NCBI GenBank assembly: GCA_963758295.1
Contig: CAVWUU010000001.1
Span: forward strand, 192,001 to 256,000
Length of the DNA stretch: 64,000 bases
Source of the DNA: Candidatus Eremiobacteria bacterium
GTDB taxonomy: Bacteria; Vulcanimicrobiota; Vulcanimicrobiia; Vulcanimicrobiales; Vulcanimicrobiaceae
Reading direction: 5' to 3'
In this document: piece after piece, positions 43,376 to 52,541 of the stretch
Layout: the number at the start of each line of letters is the position of its first letter
Position numbering within the stretch: the stretch's first letter is position 1
Translations under genes and position numbers: made by a program
Notes under the pieces: generated by a model
Seen by the model: only the letters and a program-made list of their open reading frames with translations
The model's database searches: none
Told to the model about the DNA's origin: nothing

Positions 43376-44566
43376 ATGACTTCACGCATTTATCTCGACT
43401 ATGCAGCCACGACGCCCGTCGATCCCGGCGTGCTCGAAGCGATGCTGCCCTTTTTTTCGCAGAGCGGTTACAACCCGAGCTCGCTGCATGCCGAGGGCCG
43501 CGCGGCGCGAGCAGCCTTGGACGATGCACGCGACCGCGTAGCTCGCGCGCTCAACGCCAAGCGTAAGGAGATCGTCTTCGTCGGAAGCGGCTCCGAGGCT
43601 GATAACCAGGCGATCCTGGGTGTCGCGCGCGCGGCTCGCGAGCGCGGGCGACACGTCGTGTCGACGGCCATCGAGCATCACGCCGTGCTGCATGCGTTGG
43701 ATGCGCTTGCCGCCGAAGGATTTGAGATTACCTTGCTTCCGGTCGACGATCGCGGCCTGGTGAATCCAGCGGCGTTCGAACGCGGGCTGCGTGACGATAC
43801 GGTTCTTGCGACGGTGATGTACGCAAACAACGAGATCGGCGTCGTGCAGCCAATTCCCGAGCTTGCGGCGATCGCCCGCCGCAAAGGCGTGCTGTTTCAT
43901 ACCGACGCCGTGCAAGCTCCGGGGTGGCTCCCGCTCGACGTGCAACGGCTCGGCGTCGATTTGCTTTCGATCTCGGCGCACAAGTTTTACGGGCCGAAGG
44001 GCGCCGGCGCACTGTACGCTCGCGAGGGCGTCCCAATGCAGGCGTTGATTCACGGGGGCGGTCAAGAATTCGGGCGGCGGTCCGGAACGGAAAACGTTGC
44101 AGGCATCGTCGGGCTTTCCGTCGCGCTGGAAAAGGCGGTTGCCGAGCAGCCGGCGCGAGCCGAACGCATCGCCGGCCTGCGCGACCGGCTTCAGGCCGGC
44201 ATCGAGTCGGCAATCCCAGACGTTCGCGTGAACGGCTCTGGTGCCCAACGAATGCCGAATAACGCCAACATATCGTTTGCCGGCGCGGACTCGGAGTCGT
44301 TGCTGATGCGGCTGGACCTGGAAGGGCTTGCCGTGAGCGCCGGTAGCGCGTGTACCTCCGGTGTACTCGAGCCAAGCCACGTCATTTCCGCGCTTGGTAT
44401 CGACCCCCGTTGGCACGAAGCCGTTATTCGTTTCTCGCTCGGCGCAGGAACGAGCGAACAAGAAATCGAGCGAGTCCTTGAGCTAGTTCCACGTGTAGTG
44501 GAAGCCATTCGCGGGAATAAGGGAAGCGCTCGAAAGCTACCGTCGCGAGAGGGAGTAGAGTTGTGA
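43376..44566 (+). CDS. iscS: cysteine desulfurase (IscS/NifS group I)
   Basis: YLDYAATTP, NPSS.H, HTDAVQ, SAHKFYGPKG and SAGSACTS motifs. Confidence 0.93.
   Translation: MTSRIYLDYAATTPVDPGVLEAMLPFFSQSGYNPSSLHAEGRAARAALDDARDRVARALNAKRKEIVFVGSGSEADNQAILGVARAARERGRHVVSTAIEHHAVLHALDALAAEGFEITLLPVDDRGLVNPAAFERGLRDDTVLATVMYANNEIGVVQPIPELAAIARRKGVLFHTDAVQAPGWLPLDVQRLGVDLLSISAHKFYGPKGAGALYAREGVPMQALIHGGGQEFGRRSGTENVAGIVGLSVALEKAVAEQPARAERIAGLRDRLQAGIESAIPDVRVNGSGAQRMPNNANISFAGADSESLLMRLDLEGLAVSAGSACTSGVLEPSHVISALGIDPRWHEAVIRFSLGAGTSEQEIERVLELVPRVVEAIRGNKGSARKLPSREGVEL
44493..44518 (+). promoter_or_regulatory. putative SigB-type promoter inside the iscS 3' end
   Basis: GTGTAG-N14-GGGAAT, about 45 bp upstream of the DUF948 gene. 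Confidence 0.45.
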
Positions 44567-45006
44567 GCGGGATCGATTGGTCGATCGTACTAGACATCGG
44601 CGTAGGCGTCGGCGTCCTTTTGATGGGCGTCGGCATTTTCGTGGCGATGCTCGCCTTGGCAAAAACGTTCGGCCGGCTCAACGGCACGCTGGACGAGGTG
44701 GACCGGCAGATCGCCACGCTTGGAAAGCCGGTCGGAGAGACTTTGGAACACGTGGGCGGCATCGCCGATACCGCGGATCAGACGCTCGCGCGCCTTTCAG
44801 GCGTCGTGAAGTCTTTGGAAGACGTCGCGGGCTCCGTCTCGCATACGGCGGGTCTGACAAAAGACGCACTTTCGCCGGCGATAGTAAACGTCGGAGCGAC
44901 AATCACGGGCGTTTCCGCGGGTTTACGGAGGCTCGTCACGGGAAGAAAGTCAGCAGACGATGGATTGCGCGAAGCGCAACCCCCGGGAGACGCTTTAGAT
45001 GGATAA
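44563..45006 (+). CDS. DUF948 (YtxG/YoxC-like) general stress membrane protein
   Basis: N-terminal TM followed by heptad helices; precedes a YtxH-like gene. Confidence 0.7.
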   Translation: MSGIDWSIVLDIGVGVGVLLMGVGIFVAMLALAKTFGRLNGTLDEVDRQIATLGKPVGETLEHVGGIADTADQTLARLSGVVKSLEDVAGSVSHTAGLTKDALSPAIVNVGATITGVSAGLRRLVTGRKSADDGLREAQPPGDALDG

Positions 45007-45346
45007 CGAGAATCGCGGCGGTGGTTTTTTCGCCGGGTTCCTGCTTGGCGCCATCGTTGGTGGCGCCGTCGCCGTGCTCTTGACGCAAGAAGAGACGCGC
45101 GATCTTTTGGTTGGAAAAGCCCGTGAAGCGGGTAACTTTGCGGTGGACGCTACCGGCGACTTGCGCGGTCGCGTTACCGACGTTACCTCGCAATGGCAAG
45201 ACAGTGCGGCCGATCTCTACGAGCGCGGCCGTCAAGTAGTTGAAAATGCGCGATCGAACATCGACGCTGCGGTGGTCGAAGGAAATGAAACGGCCGATCG
45301 CACGCGCGACGACCTGCAGCGTAAAGCCGACGCATCGGAACTATAG
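44999..45346 (+). CDS. YtxH domain protein
   Basis: F.AGFLLGAIVGGAVAVLL..E.TR motif. Confidence 0.8.
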   Translation: MDNENRGGGFFAGFLLGAIVGGAVAVLLTQEETRDLLVGKAREAGNFAVDATGDLRGRVTDVTSQWQDSAADLYERGRQVVENARSNIDAAVVEGNETADRTRDDLQRKADASEL

Positions 45347-45358
45347 GAGTAGAAGTCT

Positions 45359-45703
45359 TTGGATATCAAGGTGAACGTGCGCGAAGCACAAGGTGACTGC
45401 TATGTCGTCGACCTCGGTGGCGAGATCGACGTGTATACGTCGCCCAAGGTGAAAGATGCCATCGGCGAGCTAATCGATCGCGGGGTCTACCACCTCGTTA
45501 TCAATCTCGAAAAGGTTCGCTACATCGATTCGACCGGACTCGGCGTTTTGATCGGCGGACTCAAGCGCGTGCGCGAGCACGGGGGTTCCGTTAATCTCGT
45601 ATGCACGAATCCGCAAATCAAGAAGATTTTCGACATTACCGGGCTCGTGAAAATTTTTGGCATCTTCGAAAGTGAAGATGCGGCGATGAAGGCTTTGGTG
45701 TGA
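45359..45703 (+). CDS. rsbV: anti-sigma factor antagonist (STAS)
   Basis: GEIDVYTSP and YIDSTGLGVL (phosphorylated Ser) motifs. Confidence 0.9.
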   Translation: MDIKVNVREAQGDCYVVDLGGEIDVYTSPKVKDAIGELIDRGVYHLVINLEKVRYIDSTGLGVLIGGLKRVREHGGSVNLVCTNPQIKKIFDITGLVKIFGIFESEDAAMKALV

Positions 45704-46128
45704 ATCAACCCGTTGTCCAATCAGACGACATAGACGTCGTCGAACTGCGCGTTCCGTGCAAGGCCGAATGGGTAGCTCTCGCCCGGCTTTCCGTTGCCGC
45801 AGTCGCCAGCCGTTTGCACTTCTCGATAGACGAGATCGAAGACATCAAATTGGCGGTTGCCGAAGCGTGCACCAACGCAATCCAGCACGCACACGGCAGC
45901 GCCTATATTGAGATCAAATGCGAAGCTTTGGAGCAGGGCTTGCGCATCAGCGTGCGTGACTACGGACGTGGAACGCGTCCGGAGACGATCCGCTCTCGCA
46001 ACCTCGAAGAAGAACGCGTGGGCGGACTGGGCGTGTTCCTGATTCGGTCTTTGATGGACGATGTGAGCTACGACGTTCATCCCGAAAACGGAACGCAGCT
46101 CATCATGCTCAAACGATTGCCTGGGTAA
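45700..46128 (+). CDS. rsbW: anti-sigma factor serine kinase
   Basis: IEDIKLAVAEACTNA, DYG.G and GGLGVFLIRSLMD motifs. Confidence 0.9.
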   Translation: MNQPVVQSDDIDVVELRVPCKAEWVALARLSVAAVASRLHFSIDEIEDIKLAVAEACTNAIQHAHGSAYIEIKCEALEQGLRISVRDYGRGTRPETIRSRNLEEERVGGLGVFLIRSLMDDVSYDVHPENGTQLIMLKRLPG

Positions 46129-46131
46129 AAA

Positions 46132-46938
46132 GTGCAAGAACGAGACATCGACGTGCGCTCGGAAAGAGAGCGGACGCGCGAACTCTTTGGCCGCTTTGCG
46201 ACGGCGCGGGGGCGTCACAACGAGCAGCCCGAACGGCGTGATGCCGAATACGAGCAACTGCGCAACGATCTCGTCGTAGCGCATCTTAATCTCGTGCGTT
46301 TCCTCGCGCTCAAGTTCGCCAATCGCGGCGAACCGCTGGACGATCTCGTTCAGGTGGGAACCGTCGGTTTGCTCAAAGCGATCGACCGCTTCGAGCTGGA
46401 CCGCGGCGTGGAATTCACCACCTACGCTACCCCGACCATCGTCGGCGAAATCAAGCGCTATTTTCGCGACAAGGGCTGGGCAGTCAAGGTTCCGCGCCGG
46501 CTTCAGGAGCTCAATCTCTCGGTCAATCGCGCGAACGAAAAGATGGCGGTCGAACTTGGACGCAGTCCTACGGTCGCGGAGCTGGCCGAACGGCTGAACG
46601 CGACCGAAGAAGAGATCCTCGAAGCTCAAGAACTCGGACAAGCCTACAATTTGCTTTCGCTCGATTCCGAAGTTTCCGGCGAAGGCGAAAAGAAGTCGCA
46701 GACGCTTGCAGATACGGTCGGCATGACGGACTCCGGCCTCGAGATGCTGGAAGATCGCGCCAACCTGGAGCGGGCGTTCCACGTCCTCACCGGTCGCGAA
46801 CGCGTAATCATCTACTTGCGGTTCTACGAGTCCGTCTCGCAGACCGAGATTGCCAAGCGCCTCAACGTGTCTCAGATGCACGTATCGCGTCTGCAGGCCA
46901 AGGCGCTCGAGAAGCTTCGCTCGGTCCTAAAAGAGTAG
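46132..46938 (+). CDS. sigB: RNA polymerase sigma factor, SigB/SigF family
   Basis: DDLVQVG, PTIVGEIKRYFRDKGW.VKVPRRL and SQMHVSRL motifs; follows rsbV-rsbW. Confidence 0.88.
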   Translation: MQERDIDVRSERERTRELFGRFATARGRHNEQPERRDAEYEQLRNDLVVAHLNLVRFLALKFANRGEPLDDLVQVGTVGLLKAIDRFELDRGVEFTTYATPTIVGEIKRYFRDKGWAVKVPRRLQELNLSVNRANEKMAVELGRSPTVAELAERLNATEEEILEAQELGQAYNLLSLDSEVSGEGEKKSQTLADTVGMTDSGLEMLEDRANLERAFHVLTGRERVIIYLRFYESVSQTEIAKRLNVSQMHVSRLQAKALEKLRSVLKE

Positions 46939-46965
46939 GGCGCTCTAGTTCTCTTAATTCTATAG

Positions 46966-46994
46966 TTGACAAAGCGGCGCAGGCCCGGTAGCAT
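46966..46994 (+). promoter_or_regulatory. sigma70/SigA-type promoter
   Basis: TTGACA-N17-TAGCAT upstream of the pentapeptide gene. Confidence 0.65.
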
Positions 46995-47030
46995 ACTCTT
47001 AAATCGTTAGTTGATAGAGGGGTGCCCGGC

Positions 47031-47726
47031 ATGCGTCGCTTTTTCTTTGGTGTTTTGGCCGCTACGCTCGTAGCCGCCGCGGCCGCTCATGCCGACGAAC
47101 GGATCGTCCGCTTCGACGGCGACCGCTCGACGTGCATTCGCTCGCATCAGCCGGGTGCCGACTGGCACGGGCGCGATCTTCACGGTCAAAGCATCCGCGA
47201 TATCGACCTGCGCGGCGCTAATCTTTCGGGGGCCGATCTTCACGGCGCCTCGCTCGAATGCGTGAACCTCAACGGCGCCGACCTTCGCAGCGCGAACCTG
47301 CGCAAGGCCGATTTAACGGGCGTTGACCTCCGCGGCGTGCGATTGAACGGCGCCACCCTCGACGGTATGAACGCAACCGGAGTGGACCTCACGGGTTCGA
47401 CCGTGCAATCGGTGTCCGACGATGCCCTCCACCAGCTGCTGCACGACTGTACCGGCTGCAATTTGGCCGGCGTCGACCTGCGCCGCCGCAACCTCAGCGC
47501 TCTTTCCCTGACCGGCGCGAACTTCTCGGGCGCCGACCTGCGCGATGCGAACCTCTCGCGTGCCAACCTTAACGGCGTGAACTTCAATCGTGTCCGCTTC
47601 GCAGGCGCTAATTTCGCGGGCGCTACGCTGACCGGCTGCAGCCTCTCCGGGGCCGACCTGAGAAACACGAATTTCGGCGAGGCGCACGGCGTGGGCTTGG
47701 ACATGCGGGACGTGCAGATCCCGTAG
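47031..47726 (+). CDS. secreted pentapeptide-repeat protein
   Basis: Signal peptide (AHA) and two A(D/N)LxX repeat blocks separated by CTGCNL. Confidence 0.88.
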   Translation: MRRFFFGVLAATLVAAAAAHADERIVRFDGDRSTCIRSHQPGADWHGRDLHGQSIRDIDLRGANLSGADLHGASLECVNLNGADLRSANLRKADLTGVDLRGVRLNGATLDGMNATGVDLTGSTVQSVSDDALHQLLHDCTGCNLAGVDLRRRNLSALSLTGANFSGADLRDANLSRANLNGVNFNRVRFAGANFAGATLTGCSLSGADLRNTNFGEAHGVGLDMRDVQIP

Positions 47727-47784
47727 TCCGCAAAGGCTGTAGGAGGCAACGGCTCCGGTCTGCTATCATCTCCCGTTGAACCCT

Positions 47785-50397
47785 ATGAAAAGCCAAGAAC
47801 TCCGCCAGGCTTGGATTGACTTTTTCGTCTCCAAGCAACACAAGCTGCTCCCCTCGGCGAGCCTCATTCCCGACGAGATGAGCACGACGCTCTTCACCAT
47901 CGCGGGCATGGAGCAGTTCGTCCCGGTCTTCCTCGGCGACCAGCCGGCGCCGGCGCCCCGCGCCGTCACGGTTCAGCGCTGCCTTCGGGTGGCCGGTGCG
48001 AAGAGCGACATCGAAAACGTCGGGCGCACGGGACGGCACGGCACGTTCTTGGAGATGCTTGGCAATTTCAGCTTCGGTGACTACTACAAACGCGAAGCTA
48101 TCGCGTGGGCATGGGAATTTTCCACGAAGGTTCTCAAACTGGATCCCGCGCGAATTTACGTCACCGTTCATACCTCCGACGACGAAGCCGAGCAAATTTG
48201 GGTGAACGAAATCGGGCTCGAGAAGTCGCACGTTTCCCGCTGGGACGAGGACAATTTCTGGACGATGGGTCCAACCGGTCCATGCGGTCCGTGTAGCGAG
48301 CTCTTTTACGACACAGGTGAAGAGCACGCGAGCGGTCCCGGCGATACGGGTCCGAATCTAGGCAATCGTTTCGTCGAGTACTGGAACGTCGTCTTTCAAC
48401 AGTACAATCGCGCGGCCGGCGGAGCGATGACGGAACTGCCGCGTAAATCGATCGACACGGGTGCGGGTTTCGAACGCATGCTGGCGCTCGTGAACCGCCA
48501 GGCGTCGATGTACGACACCGATCTGTTCACGGATTTGATCGCCGCGCAGCCGCCGATCGGCCAAACCTCTCTCGATGCAAAAGCGCAGCGCGAACGCCAA
48601 AACATCATCGCGGATCATGCGCGCGCCGTAACGTTTCTTATCAACGACGGAATCTATCCGTCGAACACGGACCGCGGCTACGTTCTGCGTTTCCTGATCC
48701 GCCGCGCGATTCGCAACGGGCGATTGCTAGGATATCCAAACGGATTCCTCACCGAACTCGTCCCGGCGGTCGTAGCTTCGCTGGCCCCGGGCTATCCCGA
48801 ATTGCGCGAGCACCAAGCGCGCATCCAGCAAACGCTGCGGGCTGAAGAACAGACTTTCGATCGCACGTTGGAACGTGGAATGGCGATGCTGGACCGGCTA
48901 ATCGACGATGCGACCGCGAACGGCACGCGCTTGATCTCCGGCAACGACGCTTTTACACTGCACGACACCTACGGGTTCCCGGTTGAATTAACGCGTGAAG
49001 TTGCGGGCGACAGTGAGGTCGCTGTCGACGCGGCTGCATTCGAAGTCGCGATGAACGAACAACGCGAACGCGCCCGGCGCGACGCTGCTTCCAAACGCGC
49101 CGTTGTGACGATTGCCGAATTGCCCGCGATAAAGAGCACCTTCACCGGCTACGAAGGGCTCGAAAGCAACGGTGAAATCATGGTTGCGCTGCGGGACGAC
49201 AAGCCGGTGGAAACGTTGAACGCCGGCGAGCGCGGCGTGCTCGTGCTCGATCGCACGTCATTCTACGCGGAGCGCGGCGGGCAAATCGGCGACCGCGGCG
49301 AGTTGACCGCGGATGACGGCTCGGTTTTCCTCGTGGAAGATACGCAGTACATGGGTGAAGCGATCGCTCATCACGGCATCGTGAAGAGCGGCGAATTCAA
49401 CGCGGGCGAACGCGTCCACACACGCGTTCACGATTGGTGGCGCCGGGAAATTCGTCGTCATCATACTTCCGCGCATTTGCTCCAGCGCGCGCTCAAAGAC
49501 GTGTTGGGCGACGACGTTGCGCAGGCCGGCTCGTGGGTCGGCGTGGATCGCATGCGATTCGACTTCCGCTGGACCGCCGGCGCGCTCACGCCGGATCAAA
49601 AGCGCGCCGTCGTATCGCGGGTGAACGAAATGATTCGCGACGATTCCGAGGTGGTCACACGCGAGCTCCCCATCGAAGAAGCCAAACAAACCGGCGCAAT
49701 CTGGATGTTCGGCGAGAAGTACGGTGAAAGCGTTCGCGTGTTGCAGGCAGGCTCGTCCGTGGAGTTTTGCGGCGGCACGCACGCGCACTCGACCGGTGAA
49801 CTCGGCTTGTTCCTGATTCTGAACGAGTCGTCAATTGGCAGCGGCATCCGCCGCATTGAAAGCGTGGTTTCTCGGGCAGCAGAAGACCATGCGACGCGTC
49901 AGCAAGACGTGGTGAGCGAGCTTGCCGCGACGCTCGCGTCGTCGCCGGACGAACTCGGCGAGCGCGTGAACAAGCTTCAGCGCGACCTCCGGGATCTTCA
50001 GACGGCCGTCGGCCAACTGAAGGCGCGATTAGCTTCAGCCGACGCTCAAACGTATGTCGAGCGAGCCGAGCGCAAGGGCGATCGCACCTTCGTCGGCGCC
50101 GTCGTGCCCGAGGCGAACGCCGAGGCGTTGCGTCATCTCAGCGGTGCATTGCGTTCGCGCTTACCGAGCGGCGTGATTGCACTTGCCGGCGTCGACAACG
50201 GCACCGTGAGTCTCATCGTTTCCGCGAGCGACGATTTGGTGAAAACCGGCGTTCATGCCGGCAACCTCGTGAAGCTCGCTGCACCGCTGGTCGGCGGAAA
50301 AGGCGGCGGTGCGCCGGCTCAAGCGCAAGGCGGAGGTAAAGACGCCTCGGGGGCGGATGCCGCGCTGAACGCTATCCGGGAAGCCGTTCTCGCTTAG
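47785..50397 (+). CDS. alaS: alanine--tRNA ligase
   Basis: FLEMLGNFSFGDY, GPCGPCSE, DTGAGFER, HHTSAHLL, EFCGGTH and GGKGGG motifs. Confidence 0.97.
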   Translation: MKSQELRQAWIDFFVSKQHKLLPSASLIPDEMSTTLFTIAGMEQFVPVFLGDQPAPAPRAVTVQRCLRVAGAKSDIENVGRTGRHGTFLEMLGNFSFGDYYKREAIAWAWEFSTKVLKLDPARIYVTVHTSDDEAEQIWVNEIGLEKSHVSRWDEDNFWTMGPTGPCGPCSELFYDTGEEHASGPGDTGPNLGNRFVEYWNVVFQQYNRAAGGAMTELPRKSIDTGAGFERMLALVNRQASMYDTDLFTDLIAAQPPIGQTSLDAKAQRERQNIIADHARAVTFLINDGIYPSNTDRGYVLRFLIRRAIRNGRLLGYPNGFLTELVPAVVASLAPGYPELREHQARIQQTLRAEEQTFDRTLERGMAMLDRLIDDATANGTRLISGNDAFTLHDTYGFPVELTREVAGDSEVAVDAAAFEVAMNEQRERARRDAASKRAVVTIAELPAIKSTFTGYEGLESNGEIMVALRDDKPVETLNAGERGVLVLDRTSFYAERGGQIGDRGELTADDGSVFLVEDTQYMGEAIAHHGIVKSGEFNAGERVHTRVHDWWRREIRRHHTSAHLLQRALKDVLGDDVAQAGSWVGVDRMRFDFRWTAGALTPDQKRAVVSRVNEMIRDDSEVVTRELPIEEAKQTGAIWMFGEKYGESVRVLQAGSSVEFCGGTHAHSTGELGLFLILNESSIGSGIRRIESVVSRAAEDHATRQQDVVSELAATLASSPDELGERVNKLQRDLRDLQTAVGQLKARLASADAQTYVERAERKGDRTFVGAVVPEANAEALRHLSGALRSRLPSGVIALAGVDNGTVSLIVSASDDLVKTGVHAGNLVKLAAPLVGGKGGGAPAQAQGGGKDASGADAALNAIREAVLA

Positions 50398-51104
50398 ATG
50401 TTTGTGCGCCGTTTGTCGACGGTTTTGCTCGCGTTCGCCGCATTGCTCGGTGCAGCGCCGAAGATGGCCGTCCCGTTCGATTCTCAGATCGTTCTGCAGC
50501 GCTACGAACTCGAGATGACGGATCTTGTCACGCCGAAAGCGATGATCTTTAGCTATAGCGTATCGCAAGCGGGTCCGACGAACATCGAGCAGCGTCATCG
50601 TGTGTATCGCCAAGGGCTCGACGTCCGCGACGAAACGATTGCGGTGAACGGCCAGCAGCTTGCGCGCAAAGTCGTGCGAATCGGACATCGCCCCGATCGC
50701 TATACACTTGCGCGGCTTGCGCCACGGACCGCTTCCTATGAATTCGTCTTTGTGCGCACGATCAAACAAGGCGCGCACCTGCAGTACGTTTACGACGCCA
50801 TGCCGCTGGAAACGGCCACCTCGGGATTTGTCGTGAAGCGGCTGATCATCGACGGCGAGCGATTTTTGCCGAGCACGATTGCGTTTTCCACGGTGGGCGC
50901 CGTTGCCGTGGAAACGGGCAAATCGATTTTGCGGGCGCGGGAAAATATTGGGTGCCGCTTTCGGTAAACGTCGATGGCGCGATTTCCGGAAAGCTTGCGC
51001 GGGAGCGGATTGCTTGGAGCGATTACAGCTTTCCGTCGAACTTGCCGGCATCGACGTTCCAGGGCGCAAAACCGCTCCCGCATGCAACGCTGCCTCCCAT
51101 TTGA
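50398..51104 (+). CDS. exported hypothetical protein (one frameshift near 50908)
   Basis: ORF 50398-50967 continues in another frame as ...FAGAGKYWVPLSV...RERIAWSDYSFP...PPI to TGA 51104, abutting the next gene. Confidence 0.6.
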
Positions 51105-51110
51105 GCCGGC

Positions 51111-52541
51111 GTGGGTGCGTTTCTCGTCCCTCTCGCGCTCTACGTTCTTAGCGGTTATCGCGACGTAACATACTGGGACGTCGGCGAGATGGACACGGTG
51201 CCGTGGATCTTCGGCATCGCGCATCCACCGGGGTTTCCTCTCTATATCATCATTGCGTGGCTGTTTACGCACCTGATTCCAATCGGCAGCGTGGCGTTTC
51301 GCATGACGCTCCTTAGCGCGATCGCAACGAGCATTGCGTGCTGGTGTATCGCCCGCATGGTGCGAGACGCGACGAACGATCGCGCCGCCGCTTTGAGCTC
51401 TGCCATCACCTTTGGGTTTGGCCTGATCGTGTGGACGCGCGCGACGCGCGCGGAAGTGCACGCCGTCGAAACGGCATTCTTCGCGGCGATGCTGCTCTTC
51501 GCGCTGCGTTGGTACCGCGGTTTACGCAAACGCGATTTGTTGACGGCGGCGGTGTTTTACGGATTCGCGCTTGCCGTGCATCCGGTCGCCTTGATCGCAC
51601 TGCCCGGCCTGCTGGTACTCTTTATCGCGCGTATTGACGAAAGCGATCCGCGGACGTTGCTCGCGAGCGTTGCAACCGCGTTCTTTTGCGCCGCTCTCTG
51701 GTTTCTCTATCTTCCCTTGCGCAGCGCTTTCATTTCAACGCACGGCCTCGATCCGGTCGCGGCGCTCGGAATGCCGGGATCGGCATTTTGGGATTACCAT
51801 CACCCGGCGAGCCTTGAGGGGTTTCTCGCCTTGATCGGCGCTCGAGACATCGACGTGCACGGGGCGGTAACCGGCGCTTTCAACGGCGATGCCATGCCGT
51901 CGGCTCTTGCGTCCGCGTTCGTAACGCTCGCGAAAGAATTCGGCTTTGCGGGTATCGCGTTCGTCGCAGCCGGCGCCCTCGTCCTATTTCGCAGGGATCG
52001 CGTGCAACTCGCGGCTCTTTTAGTGATTGCCGTCGCGGGCGCGCTCTTTGCGGGCAGTTTCCACGACGAGTCAGATCGCGCGCGCTACTTTTTGGAAGCC
52101 TTTGTCGTCGCTGCTTACCTTTTCGGTATCGGTTTTGCCGCGTTGTGTGCGCGCGGGCGCCGAACCAAGTTTGCGAGTATCGTGGCGGCCGCGGCTATCG
52201 CGACGCTGCTGTTATGGCAAGGACGCGTGCTTTTCGGCCAGCCGCACGACGACCGCGCGCGCAAAGAAGTGAGCGAAGTGCTGGCGCGGACGCCGGCGGA
52301 CGCGATCGTCGTAAGTACGTGGGTGCTCGCGCCGCCACTAGCTTATACGTCCTACGTGGAGCGCTCCGCGGGGCGGCGCACGATCGTACCGGCATGGTAT
52401 GGCGACACAAGCGATTTGCTGTCCGGTTGGACGAAATTGCGGCCGGTCTTTGTCGCCGGAACGCCCGAAGGAAGCGTTCCCGGCTTTCGCCTTGAACGGC
52501 TCCCGACGCACACCGAACTCTATCGCGTGGTACACGAGTGA
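51111..52541 (+). CDS. DUF2723 (TMEM260-like) GT-C membrane glycosyltransferase
   Basis: WDVGE, GIAHPPGFPLY, AEVH and YLPLRS motifs; multi-TM. Confidence 0.8.
   Translation: MGAFLVPLALYVLSGYRDVTYWDVGEMDTVPWIFGIAHPPGFPLYIIIAWLFTHLIPIGSVAFRMTLLSAIATSIACWCIARMVRDATNDRAAALSSAITFGFGLIVWTRATRAEVHAVETAFFAAMLLFALRWYRGLRKRDLLTAAVFYGFALAVHPVALIALPGLLVLFIARIDESDPRTLLASVATAFFCAALWFLYLPLRSAFISTHGLDPVAALGMPGSAFWDYHHPASLEGFLALIGARDIDVHGAVTGAFNGDAMPSALASAFVTLAKEFGFAGIAFVAAGALVLFRRDRVQLAALLVIAVAGALFAGSFHDESDRARYFLEAFVVAAYLFGIGFAALCARGRRTKFASIVAAAAIATLLLWQGRVLFGQPHDDRARKEVSEVLARTPADAIVVSTWVLAPPLAYTSYVERSAGRRTIVPAWYGDTSDLLSGWTKLRPVFVAGTPEGSVPGFRLERLPTHTELYRVVHE

Noticed and set aside
47031..47726. DNA-level repetitiveness
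   Set aside because: Explained by pentapeptide-repeat coding
47727..47785. T-box leader before alaS (also checked before hisS and aspS)
   Set aside because: Spacers are too short and lack the T-box consensus
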